Shown one piece after another: positions 47,786-56,950 of a stretch of DNA of 64,000 bases (position 1 is the stretch's first letter; each line of letters opens with the position of its first letter). Position numbers and translations under genes: made by a program. The notes under the pieces are model-generated. The model saw only the letters and a list, made by a program, of their open reading frames with translations. It did not search any database and had not been told where the DNA came from. The DNA is from Candidatus Micrarchaeota archaeon (lineage in GTDB: Archaea; Micrarchaeota; Micrarchaeia; Micrarchaeales; CABMGC01): the NCBI GenBank assembly GCA_028867335.1, contig JAGWGN010000001.1:22910-86909 (forward strand). Direction: 5' to 3'.

Positions 47786-48133
47786 ATGCAGAAGTCAAAT
47801 GTTAATGCAGACACCAAATCCTACAGCGACGGGGAGCTAAGGCAGATAAGAAAGGAGCTCACTCCAGTCCAGAAGCAGATCCTAAATGCGCTATACACAA
47901 ATCCCATCCTCATAAGGGACACTCTCTCCCTTGAGAACGAGGTGCTAAAGAAAGCAAGTTCCCTCAAGATCATAGAGGTAAGGGAGGCGATAAACACCCT
48001 CAGGGATAAGAAGCTGCTGAAGACTGACGGAACAGTTTCAGGCTCTCTGGTGTCGCTTACGCTAAACGGGGTCTACCTATTCCTAATCACGGAATTAAGA
48101 AAAGACGTAAATGTCAAGACCTTCCAGTCTTAA
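47786..48133 (+). CDS. Hypothetical winged-helix-like protein
   Basis: LTPVQKQILNAL...INTLRDKKLL...SLTLNG. Confidence 0.55.
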   Translation: MQKSNVNADTKSYSDGELRQIRKELTPVQKQILNALYTNPILIRDTLSLENEVLKKASSLKIIEVREAINTLRDKKLLKTDGTVSGSLVSLTLNGVYLFLITELRKDVNVKTFQS

Positions 48134-48302
48134 TTTTTTCAGATAGATTAAGTATCTCAATTCCAATAATTTTTCCACTTTTTGTATAATCCACAATAAT
48201 TCCCTCCTCTATTTCTGCACTTATGTGATAGTTTCCTTTTCCAAACCTTATGTTTGCAGCATCGGCTTGCTTATCGTAACTTATTTTCAAAATTTCACCC
48301 AT
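48114..48302 (-). CDS. DUF2283 family protein
   Basis: YDKQADA..I, GIIVDY...GKIIGIEILN. Confidence 0.85.
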   Translation of the reverse strand: MGEILKISYDKQADAANIRFGKGNYHISAEIEEGIIVDYTKSGKIIGIEILNLSEKIKTGRS

Positions 48303-48305
48303 TAC

Positions 48306-48788
48306 TCAGACCTTAAGCCCAACTTCTCCGGACTCCTTGAGATATCCTGTGTCGATTATCTCATTTAGCACTTCGATTAGCGCGCTTGAGTGCCTCATTA
48401 TGTCGTTGTCGGTCACGATGCCGATTAACCTTCCGTCAGTGTCCACAACGCAGAGCCTCTTCACCTTGCGCTCCATCATCATGCGCGCAGCCTGCTCAAG
48501 CCTCTTGTTCTTGTCCACCGTGGCTATCGGACGAGACATAACCCCCTTCACCTTCGTGAAGAGCATCATCTTTAGCATGAATCGTTTCTTTGTGACGAGC
48601 CTTCTGACTATGTCCCCCTTTGTTATTATCCCAAGGGGCCTGTTCATGTTGTCGACTATGACGACCGAACCGAGGTTGTGCTTCTCCATCTTCACGGCGA
48701 TGCTCTTTATGCTGTCGTCCTGCGCTGCCGTGATGACCGGGTGGCTCATGATGTCGTTAATCAGTATCGATCTGGTGTTCGAATACAT
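48306..48788 (-). CDS. CBS-domain protein
   Basis: Two CBS repeats (LGIITKGDI, LIGIVTDNDI). Confidence 0.92.
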   Translation of the reverse strand: MYSNTRSILINDIMSHPVITAAQDDSIKSIAVKMEKHNLGSVVIVDNMNRPLGIITKGDIVRRLVTKKRFMLKMMLFTKVKGVMSRPIATVDKNKRLEQAARMMMERKVKRLCVVDTDGRLIGIVTDNDIMRHSSALIEVLNEIIDTGYLKESGEVGLKV

Positions 48789-48936
48789 CTCCACTCCCAA
48801 ATGAACTGCGAATCATAGCTCTTTAAAGGTTCTCTGCAAGTTCGTTAATTCCAATAAAGAAAATGGACGCAAGTGCAAAATTTGGAGCAGAGAAGCGTTT
48901 TTAGCGTTTGACAGGAAAGAGATATCAAGTGAGCAA

Positions 48937-49323
48937 ATGCCAAGAGAGAAGCACTCCCATCATCCGATACTTAAGCTTGCGGGGATACTGATATTCCTTG
49001 CAATCCTTCTGGCTCTCGCGTTTGTGATATATGACATAGTCCTCTCGCACGCACCTGTTGCGCAGGTGGCGATAGTAACCGGGACGATCAAGACCATAGG
49101 ATTTAGCACCTATCCGCTTGCGGCGAGCTTCGCCTCCCCATCGGGAACCTACTTCACGACCGTGGTCAACGGCAGGTACGCAATCTCGCTGCTCGCGGGG
49201 CACAGCTACAACATGGTGGTCTCCTACAAGTCGCTTGCCGGCCTGGGATCCGGAACATGCAGCGCAGGAACCCTGAGCCTGCCCCTCAACGGCACGATAA
49301 TAACCTACAACGCAACCTGCTGA
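48937..49323 (+). CDS. Membrane-anchored protein with small beta-sandwich ectodomain
   Basis: N-terminal TM, VTGTI...NGRYAISL..GHSY, Cys pair. Confidence 0.65.
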   Translation: MPREKHSHHPILKLAGILIFLAILLALAFVIYDIVLSHAPVAQVAIVTGTIKTIGFSTYPLAASFASPSGTYFTTVVNGRYAISLLAGHSYNMVVSYKSLAGLGSGTCSAGTLSLPLNGTIITYNATC

Positions 49324-49947
49324 TCATCCGTGCAGTAAAATGCCCGTCACGATGTAGTAGATTGGCATGAAGACGTAGAAGAGCAGGCTGATCTCCGGAT
49401 TTATGAAAGAGAAGAGTATCCCTCCCATATAGACCAGGATCCCAACAGAGCCCCTTTTCAGCGAGGTCTTGAACCACTTCTTGTCCACCTCCTTGTGCGC
49501 CAACTTCTCAAGCAGCGCGTAAGCCCAGAAGAGATTGTATATTATCGCAACCCCAAGCAGGTTTATCCCGTATACAAGGACCGCAACATGGTCCAGCGGA
49601 TATCTTCCCAAGAGCGCTGTGGTAAATGGTATGAAGCCGATGCTTAGAAGGAACATCAGGTTGATCCATTGCACCTTCCTTCCTGCCTTCTCAAGGTAGC
49701 GGAAGATGTTGTTGTGGCCGATCCACAGCGTCCCAAGCACAAGGAAGCTCATCGCATAGGTGAGCACGTTAGGAAAGAGGCCAAGAAGGTCGTCTGAGAG
49801 CAATTGATCCACATTTCCAGAAGTAATAACCGGGACAACAAGGCTGAGTACCAAAATGGTCATGACTGTGGCAAAGATTCCATCAGTCAGCGCCTCTGCG
49901 CGGTCTTTTGTGAAGTCGCGGATTGCGTGTATGTCCTCCCTTGGCAT
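49324..49947 (-). CDS. TMEM175 (DUF1211) potassium channel
   Basis: RAEALTDGIFATVMTILVL, YAMSFLVLGTLWIGHN, FIPFTT. Confidence 0.9.
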   Translation of the reverse strand: MPREDIHAIRDFTKDRAEALTDGIFATVMTILVLSLVVPVITSGNVDQLLSDDLLGLFPNVLTYAMSFLVLGTLWIGHNNIFRYLEKAGRKVQWINLMFLLSIGFIPFTTALLGRYPLDHVAVLVYGINLLGVAIIYNLFWAYALLEKLAHKEVDKKWFKTSLKRGSVGILVYMGGILFSFINPEISLLFYVFMPIYYIVTGILLHG

Positions 49948-50075
49948 AAGCTACTTTATGCCAGGTAAAATTTATTAAGGAACCAGAGTGCTCTATTGCT
50001 TCTAAAAAAAGTCAAATTTTTTCGAAGGGTTTATTAATCTAGAAATTGAAACATGATTGTTAAAGGTGTAGCATA

Positions 50076-50447
50076 ATGGGACATACCTACGTTGATGCTA
50101 TCTTCTCAAATCCTAACGATTCCTCAAAGAGGGCAATAGTATCCGGACTAGTAGATACCGGTGCGACTTTTTCCATGATTCCTAAGGAAGTGGCAAATAA
50201 GCTTGGAATAAAGCCTGAGGGCAAAACGGCGGTCAGAACCGCAAAAGGCGTTATGATGTTGGAATACGCGGTTGTGAAGACGAAGATTGATGGCGAGGAA
50301 TCCGTATTTAAGACTCTTATAAATCCCGTGATAAACAAGTCCCTGATAGGCGTGATTGTACTCGAAGCTCTGGGTTTCAAGGTAAATCCAATCACTAAGA
50401 AGCTCGAAAAACATGAAATCGAGCAGTATCAGGCCATAGTCTGCTAA
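50076..50447 (+). CDS. Clan AA (retroviral-like) aspartic protease
   Basis: LVDTGATFS, LIGVIVLEALGFKVNP. Confidence 0.88.
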   Translation: MGHTYVDAIFSNPNDSSKRAIVSGLVDTGATFSMIPKEVANKLGIKPEGKTAVRTAKGVMMLEYAVVKTKIDGEESVFKTLINPVINKSLIGVIVLEALGFKVNPITKKLEKHEIEQYQAIVC

Positions 50448-50522
50448 TGTTTCTTAAAAAGGTGCAGATACCCCCTTAGCGATACCAATAAAATAGTTTA
50501 ATCCCCCTACAATAGCGGTTGA

Positions 50523-51938
50523 ATGTTTCCGTTCCTGCCGCTAATGGTGATCTTGCCATTCCTTGTGGTCATTCCGATTGCCCTAATTGGCGAGAGGCAC
50601 TCGCACAAGATCGCCTTAATAACATCAACCATAATCTTGGCACTAACCGCATACGTCCTCTACCTTGTAAACCAGGGCGGACTCGCATCCCTTTCGTTTA
50701 CAGCCACTTACCTGACAAATCTGGGGATAAACCTCAGTTTCCAGATAACCTCACTATCGCTCATACTTGCGCTGATGACTGCGATAGTGTTCTTTGCAGC
50801 CGCGATAGTGGGTAAGGAGTTCATCCAGAAGGATCAGAAGCTCTACAGCATAATTTTCATGCTGGTTGAGGGAGGAGCCCTGGGACTATTCCTTTCAGGG
50901 AACCTCTTCCTGTTCTACATCTTCTGGGAGATAGCGGAGTTCGCGATGTTTTTCATCATCTTCGCCTACGGGGGGTACGACAGAAGATACGCAGCAATCA
51001 AGTTCATAATCTACTCCATAATCGCCTCGCTCCTGCTCCTCGTGGGCATAATGATGCTCTACTTCTACTCCACGCCACACTCTTTCGATATTTATCAATT
51101 ACAACAGTCGGCATCTACACTTCCTATAGCAGTACAGCCAATAATACTAGTCTTACTATTGGTCGCCTTCATGATCAAGGCGCCAATCTTCCCATTCCAC
51201 AACTGGCTCCCAGACGCCCACACCGAGGCCCCAACAACAGGTAGTATGATACTAGCCGGAGTCCTCCTTAAGTTCGGGGGATACGGACTCCTGCTGATGT
51301 TCCTACTGATTCCACTTGCATCCCATTACGCAATGTACATTGCGGCAATCTTCGGATTCTCCGCAATCTACGGAGCTATGGTGGCACTTAGGCAAACGCA
51401 TCTCAAGAGAATGATTGCATACACCTCAATAGTGGACATGGGAATAATCGCGATTGGGATTGCTGCAATCAACCACTTCGGAACCGCAGGAGCAATCTAC
51501 GGCATGATGGCGCATGCACTTGCAATATCACTTCTGTTCCTGCTCGCAGGAACAATAGACAAGGTGTACGGAACCCTCTTCATTGACAAGCTCAAGGGAA
51601 TAATTGATACCTCGCCGAAGATGACCTACCTCTTCATCTTCGGGGCCCTGGCTGCAATAGGCCTGCCGCTCACGGCAGGATTCATCGGAGACCTTCTGAT
51701 ATTCATAGGGTCGTACAGCACATTCGGGGCGATAGGATTGATACCAATAGGTGCAATACTACTGGTTGGAGCATACTTCTTCTGGGTAATTGAGAAGTCG
51801 TTCTTCAACATCAAGAACAAGAGTGAGACTTACGCGCTGGTTGGGAGGTCGGTGCTGGTTTCGGGAGGGGTTTTGGTCATGCTTACAATACTTTTAGGAA
51901 TATTCCCCTCAATAATGCTTATTTTTTCTAATTTGTAA
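50523..51938 (+). CDS. nuoM: NADH-quinone oxidoreductase subunit M / antiporter-like subunit
   Basis: FYIFWE, KAPIFPFHNWLPDAHTEAPT, LAGVLLKFGGYG, KRMIAYTS. Confidence 0.9.
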   Translation: MFPFLPLMVILPFLVVIPIALIGERHSHKIALITSTIILALTAYVLYLVNQGGLASLSFTATYLTNLGINLSFQITSLSLILALMTAIVFFAAAIVGKEFIQKDQKLYSIIFMLVEGGALGLFLSGNLFLFYIFWEIAEFAMFFIIFAYGGYDRRYAAIKFIIYSIIASLLLLVGIMMLYFYSTPHSFDIYQLQQSASTLPIAVQPIILVLLLVAFMIKAPIFPFHNWLPDAHTEAPTTGSMILAGVLLKFGGYGLLLMFLLIPLASHYAMYIAAIFGFSAIYGAMVALRQTHLKRMIAYTSIVDMGIIAIGIAAINHFGTAGAIYGMMAHALAISLLFLLAGTIDKVYGTLFIDKLKGIIDTSPKMTYLFIFGALAAIGLPLTAGFIGDLLIFIGSYSTFGAIGLIPIGAILLVGAYFFWVIEKSFFNIKNKSETYALVGRSVLVSGGVLVMLTILLGIFPSIMLIFSNL

Positions 51939-51941
51939 TTC

Positions 51942-53063
51942 TTACTCGTCCGATTCAGAGACCTGTCTCATCGCTAAAAATGCTTCCTTAAGTGGTTGGC
52001 TTACAGCTGAGTCAGATTCTTTCAAAACAAGTTCCTGATACCTGTTCAGAAAATCCATTCTTACCTCATTGAATAAATGTAGAAAGTGTCTAAGAAATCC
52101 TATACAATCAAGTATAGCGATTTCAGTTCCTCCTGTTTTTTCATAAAAACTATTTGCATATTCTACAACTTTTCTATCTATTTTTTCTGTTGTTATAAAG
52201 ATGTAATTATGAATTCTAGGTTTAACTCTTATAATTTTACTAAGTGCTGCATCTACATCATCGTTTGTTACCTCTTTCATTTTCATTTCATAAGTGGTGA
52301 CTATGTTTTTTCTACCGGTAAAACATATTTCAACATCTCCGATAGACTTTGTCTGCAGATCTGCAGCATTATGTGAATTTAATGGAAGTGGAATTTTACC
52401 CAATTTTAAACTTGCAGATTGGTATGCCGCAGCAACAATTAGCACTGGTAGCCTGCTAGAATTTTTAGAGGCCAGATGCTGACCTATAAGAGTAATTATT
52501 GCTTCTGATGAAAGAGGCAAGGAACCCTTACTCCTACCTAAACTTTCAAGTAGTTTTTTCATCCTATCTCCTTTTTCATTTTTGAATATTATAAGTTGTC
52601 TGATTACTTCGATAAGTACATCTTCTGAATTAACCACATTTCTTTGAACTGCATCCAAAACATCTATTGTGTAAATGTAAACCTCTCTCGGCCTTCCTAC
52701 CATATCAATTTTTTTATTTAATGCCTGATCTCTATTTCTTAATGCTGGGGTCAAAAACGCAGTAGTAGAATTACAAGGTAATCCATATTCGTTTATAAAA
52801 TGAGTTATATACTGTTCATCATATGTCCTTCCTGAAAAGGAGTCTTTATCCCCAATCTCCGTATAAGGTTTAAGGATGTTAAATTTGGGATTATCTATCT
52901 TAGCTAATAAACACGAAAGTAAAAGTCTTGCACCCGCTCTATTCGACCCACATTTACAAACATATTCTATTTTATCAAGTATCTTTCTGTCCACAATTAT
53001 TGGTTTTAGAATATTTTTTACGGCGAGCCTCATACTATCTTTTAATATCCTCTCTGGTTTCAT
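51942..53063 (-). CDS. Putative type II restriction endonuclease (PD-(D/E)xK, possibly SacI-like family)
   Basis: HNAADLQTKSIGDVE...YEMK; directly downstream of a DNA methyltransferase; AT-rich. Family assignment is from memory only. Confidence 0.75.
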   Translation of the reverse strand: MKPERILKDSMRLAVKNILKPIIVDRKILDKIEYVCKCGSNRAGARLLLSCLLAKIDNPKFNILKPYTEIGDKDSFSGRTYDEQYITHFINEYGLPCNSTTAFLTPALRNRDQALNKKIDMVGRPREVYIYTIDVLDAVQRNVVNSEDVLIEVIRQLIIFKNEKGDRMKKLLESLGRSKGSLPLSSEAIITLIGQHLASKNSSRLPVLIVAAAYQSASLKLGKIPLPLNSHNAADLQTKSIGDVEICFTGRKNIVTTYEMKMKEVTNDDVDAALSKIIRVKPRIHNYIFITTEKIDRKVVEYANSFYEKTGGTEIAILDCIGFLRHFLHLFNEVRMDFLNRYQELVLKESDSAVSQPLKEAFLAMRQVSESDE

Positions 53064-53068
53064 CTAAT

Positions 53069-53941
53069 TCACTGAAGATTAACTTGTTTAGGAAGTTTAT
53101 AATTTATCCACAAAAATTCTCTTCTGGTATCTTTTGTAGAATGAATAGTTTTTAAAGGCCCAACTATTTTAGTCCATTTAGGTTCTGGATAAAGCTTATT
53201 CATTATTTCACAATCATAATTGGATATCGCTACCCTTCCTTCTACCTTATTTAAAACCTCTGCAAGCTCAATATGATCTTTATCAGTCATTTCTGCTCCG
53301 TACGCATTTTTGTCTCCACGAGTCGAATGGACATATGGCGGATCGCAATAAAATAATGTATTTGGTGAATCGTATAGCGAAATTATTTCAATAGCGTTTC
53401 GATTTTCAATTTGAACCCTTAGTAACCTATCAGCTATCTCAGGTAATGCCTCAACCGCACCAAGCCATCTACTAACTGACCCACTCATACCTGCCCGTGA
53501 GGTATTTTTGCAATTTGCCCATCTCCCCAATGTAGCTTTTTGTGCAAGTCCTGTTCTTACTTGTCTTGCACGAACATAAAATCTACGAGCGCGTTCTAAA
53601 TCTCCTAAGTTTTTTTCTAAATTACAAGCATGCAAAAATTCTTCGCGGGAAAAAGGCGTAAGACCTATTGCTTCTATCAATTCTGCTTTTTGTGTTCTTA
53701 GCACTTTAAAAAAATTAACTACTTCCCCATCAATATCATTGTAGGTTTCTATTGGAGAAGGTTTACGATTAAGCAAAATTGCTGCTGATCCTCCAAAAGG
53801 TTCACAAAAATGATACGATTCTGGTAAATATGGTAGTAACCAGTCCAGATGTGAATATTTGCCCCCATACCAACCAAATGCTATTAATTTTTTCTTATGC
53901 CCTCTAACTACTGTTTGAACTTTTGTTTTAGTACTTAGCAT
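53069..53941 (-). CDS. N6-adenine DNA methyltransferase (Dam/D12 class)
   Basis: WYGGK, EPFGGS, YNDID, FYCDPPY. Confidence 0.93.
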   Translation of the reverse strand: MLSTKTKVQTVVRGHKKKLIAFGWYGGKYSHLDWLLPYLPESYHFCEPFGGSAAILLNRKPSPIETYNDIDGEVVNFFKVLRTQKAELIEAIGLTPFSREEFLHACNLEKNLGDLERARRFYVRARQVRTGLAQKATLGRWANCKNTSRAGMSGSVSRWLGAVEALPEIADRLLRVQIENRNAIEIISLYDSPNTLFYCDPPYVHSTRGDKNAYGAEMTDKDHIELAEVLNKVEGRVAISNYDCEIMNKLYPEPKWTKIVGPLKTIHSTKDTRREFLWINYKLPKQVNLQ

Positions 53942-54013
53942 AAGACTACCTATAATAGAATTAGAAAAATAACCTTATAAACTGCTCGAAACTTTCCAGT
54001 TTTTTAATGTAGA

Positions 54014-54265
54014 CTATACACACCGTATCTCTCTTCATCTATCCTATGTAACATCTTATTTCTCTCGACAAGATCGATCTGAATATACACTTAAAAGGTA
54101 AAGGGCATACATACGATTCTAAGATACTCTTAGAGATTCTCCACACTCTATATCTCTTCCCCTACCCCTGTGGAGAGTCCTCTTTCTCTCGACAAATCCA
54201 TCAAAAATGTACACACCAAGCTGCAGGGGGTGTGTAGAGTCTTCTAAGATTGTTTTAGAAGGATT
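54014..54265. repeat. Repeat block A: two degenerate ~124-bp fold-back units
   Basis: TCTCTCGACAA at 54061 and 54185; TTCTAAGA-nnn-T(C/T)TTAGA at 54117 and 54242. Confidence 0.8.
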
Positions 54266-54294
54266 TTCACAAATTTTGACATGAATTTCCTAAA

Positions 54295-54783
54295 TCAGTC
54301 TGAATATTCAAAAGAAAGTTTGTTATATTCATCCGTATTATAACTGCCAATCCCTTCCTCGTGCCACAGAACAAATTCCTTTATCCCAACGTCAAGCGCC
54401 ATCTTGCTGCAGATGGTGCAGTACGGCTTTCCTGCCCTGGTTGGCAGGTTCCTCTCATCTAATCTTATGAAGTATAATCTTGACCCGACTATCTTGGTCG
54501 GGTTTGTCTTCAGGGCTTCGATTATCGCCCTCTGCTCGGCGTGGACGCAGCAGGTCTTGTCTGTCACCCTCTTGTTGTATAGCTCCTTCTCATTGCCGCA
54601 CCTTCTCTGGTCCTCCCTGTTTGCTGGTGGTGAGTTGAATCCCCTTCCTATGATGGTTCCATCGCTGCCCACTATCACGCTTCCGCACTTGTGCCTCTGG
54701 CAGCTTGCTTGGGAGGCAGCCTCCGCTGCCTCAAGCATGTATTCTTCAGCCTCGATCTGCTCCTTTGTGGACATATATCGCAT
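54295..54783 (-). CDS. Zinc-dependent deoxycytidylate deaminase-like protein (ComEB/dCMP deaminase fold)
   Basis: CQRHKCGSVIV, GRGFN, VHAEQRAI, PYCTICSK. Confidence 0.85.
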   Translation of the reverse strand: MRYMSTKEQIEAEEYMLEAAEAASQASCQRHKCGSVIVGSDGTIIGRGFNSPPANREDQRRCGNEKELYNKRVTDKTCCVHAEQRAIIEALKTNPTKIVGSRLYFIRLDERNLPTRAGKPYCTICSKMALDVGIKEFVLWHEEGIGSYNTDEYNKLSFEYSD

Positions 54784-54831
54784 ACTTTTGTTATGGCCGC
54801 AAAATTCTATATCGTTTATGTCCTGCCTTGG

Positions 54832-55083
54832 GATATACACACTCTATATCTACTCCCAACTCCAGTGTACACTCCTGTTTCTGCCGACAAGACCTCTTGG
54901 GATATACACGCAAAACAAGGAGGGTGTGCAGATGGTTCTAGGATGTTTTTAGAGACTCTCCGCACTATATATCTCTCCCCCACCCCTGTGGAGAGTCCCT
55001 TCTCTCTCGACAGATGGGTTAAGGGTCTCCACGCTATGCCCATGGGGGTGCGGAGAGCATTCCAAGATGTTCTTGGCGGATTT
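54832..55083. repeat. Repeat block B: two degenerate ~123-bp fold-back units, direct copy of block A
   Basis: ACCCCTGTGGAGAGTCC identical at 54164 and 54982; palindromes at 54936 and 55060. Confidence 0.8.
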
Positions 55084-55087
55084 TATC

Positions 55088-55708
55088 CTAACCCTTCTGG
55101 ATTGAGAGGACCTTGATCTTGAATATCAGGGTCTGGCCCGCAAGCGGTGCGTTGAAGTTGACAGTTGCAACTGTCGCATTGAGCGAGGTTACCACCCCCC
55201 TTCTCTGGATGCCGCTGATTATCGTGCTGATCTGGTCTCCTAACTTGATCGAGCTGCTCTGGTTGCCAAAGGCGCTAAGAGGGACCGGTATTATCAGGGA
55301 TGGATCTACAGGCCCGTATGCCTGCTCTGGCGGTATTGTGATGTTCTTTGTCTCGTTGAGACTCATTCCTATCACTCCCATATCAAATCCCTGGATAAGC
55401 TGCCCTCCTCCCACCTTGAATGTAAGCGGCGGCTTGCCGTTGCCTGCGTTCGTGTCAAAGACGGTTCCGTTTGTGAAGGTTCCCGTGTACTCAACGCTTA
55501 TGTTGTCCCCTGTCGCCACTACTGGCGCAGAGACTCCTGCCGCTTTCGCGGATGTGCTGCTTATTGCCAAGTAAATCACTCCAATTACTATGATTGCCGC
55601 AAGGATGTAGAGAGGCTTTATCTCAAATTTTGCCTTCTTCTGGGTTTCATGGGCCTTGTGGTCGTGCTTTGTGGTTTCGTGTGCCGCTTTTTGTTGATCT
55701 GCCGCCAT
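55088..55708 (-). CDS. Membrane-anchored FKBP-type peptidyl-prolyl isomerase (SlyD-like)
   Basis: TM then GDNISVEYTG..NGTVFDTN, LIQGFD, IPPEQAYG, FNAPLAGQTL. Confidence 0.9.
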   Translation of the reverse strand: MAADQQKAAHETTKHDHKAHETQKKAKFEIKPLYILAAIIVIGVIYLAISSTSAKAAGVSAPVVATGDNISVEYTGTFTNGTVFDTNAGNGKPPLTFKVGGGQLIQGFDMGVIGMSLNETKNITIPPEQAYGPVDPSLIIPVPLSAFGNQSSSIKLGDQISTIISGIQRRGVVTSLNATVATVNFNAPLAGQTLIFKIKVLSIQKG

Positions 55709-55712
55709 CTTA

Positions 55713-56942
55713 TCACTCTGGTTTTAGTATAACAGAACTGTAGCTTTTCGTCTTAATATACTTTTTGCAATACTTCTTAACATCCGCAAGCTTAACCTGC
55801 GATATCAGGTCCGGAAGGTTTTCAGTGTACTTGTAATCTCCGGTGGTCAGTGTCATGCTCGTTATCGAATTTGCCATCGCCATCGTGTTCTCCCTGAGGA
55901 TCCTGTACTGGGCGATGAGTCCTTCCTTCGCCTTTTTGATGTCATCCTCAGTTATCTGGCCCTTCCTCATCTTTTCAAATTCTTCGAGTATTATCCCCTT
56001 CACCTCCTGAATCTTCTTGGGCTCCACTCCCGCCTGCACCGCAATGAAACCAAAGGTGCTGAGCTGGAAGTAAGATGCCCACTGAATGTATGAAAGCCCC
56101 CTCTTCTCCCTAACCTCATCGGTTATCCTGTAGTTAAGCACCCTGGCCGCAGTGATGAGCGCGGTGGTTTCCCTTACTGTGGACGGATGGAATTCCCTGC
56201 ACTTGAAACCCACCCCGATTATTGCCTGCTTTATGTTCTCCTTTCTTACAGTAACCTCATTCTTTACCTGCGGTTCCCTTGCAAGCGGCCTCTGCTTCTT
56301 TACCTCCCTCTTATTAAACTTCGAGAAATATTTTTCAGCAAGCCTCTTTGCGACTTCTATTCCTACGCTTCCGTATATGGCAACAACCGTGTTTTGAGGA
56401 GTGTAGTAAGTCTGGTATATCTTAAGCAAATCTTCCCTCTTGATCCCCTTTATCGACTCCCTATTTCCGACCATCTTCCTTCCTGCAGGGTGCCTTTTGT
56501 AGAGTGCCTTAGGGAGGTGGTCCCAGAAGAAGTACTGGTTGTTGTCCTCCCTCATCAGCTCCTCGTTTAGAACAGGTCCCCTCTCCAATTCAAATTCGGT
56601 TTTTGGTATTGTCGAGTTGAGGAACAAATCCGAAAGCAGCTCTATCATTTTTGGGAAATTGTCCTTGTATGCCTGGAAGTAGTATGTTGTTCTCTCAAAA
56701 TCAGTGTAGGCATTCCACATTATCCCCATGTCGCGTATCTCTTCTTTTATCTGGCTTACAGTTCGTGTCTTTGTGCCCTTGAAAAGCATGTGCTCAAGGA
56801 AATGGGCAGCTCCCATTGTCTGGTCACTGTCATCCATCGAGCCGTAGCTCACTCCGATAGCGATAGATACGCTCTCAAGGTAAGGCGTAGGATATATGAA
56901 GATTCTAACTCCGTTTTTCAAGGTGAAGGATTCGCTTTTCAT
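55713..56942 (-). CDS. M16 (pitrilysin-family) metallopeptidase
   Basis: GAAHFLEHMLFKGT, NAYTD, EVREKRGLSY. Confidence 0.93.
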   Translation of the reverse strand: MKSESFTLKNGVRIFIYPTPYLESVSIAIGVSYGSMDDSDQTMGAAHFLEHMLFKGTKTRTVSQIKEEIRDMGIMWNAYTDFERTTYYFQAYKDNFPKMIELLSDLFLNSTIPKTEFELERGPVLNEELMREDNNQYFFWDHLPKALYKRHPAGRKMVGNRESIKGIKREDLLKIYQTYYTPQNTVVAIYGSVGIEVAKRLAEKYFSKFNKREVKKQRPLAREPQVKNEVTVRKENIKQAIIGVGFKCREFHPSTVRETTALITAARVLNYRITDEVREKRGLSYIQWASYFQLSTFGFIAVQAGVEPKKIQEVKGIILEEFEKMRKGQITEDDIKKAKEGLIAQYRILRENTMAMANSITSMTLTTGDYKYTENLPDLISQVKLADVKKYCKKYIKTKSYSSVILKPE

Positions 56943-56950
56943 GTTTTTCC

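Noticed and set aside
54816..55043. 75-aa ORF with an internal repeat over block B
   Set aside because: The equivalent frame in block A has an indel and a stop, and unit spacing there (124 bp) is not a multiple of 3.
54014..55083. CRISPR array interpretation of the repeats
   Set aside because: No identical 24-47-bp repeats with unique spacers; whole units are degenerate and there are no cas genes.
2399..55083. Link between transposon-end TACACA motifs and TACAC motifs in the 54-55 kb repeats
   Set aside because: Only a 5-6-bp core is shared, spacing differs, and no TSD was seen around the repeat blocks.
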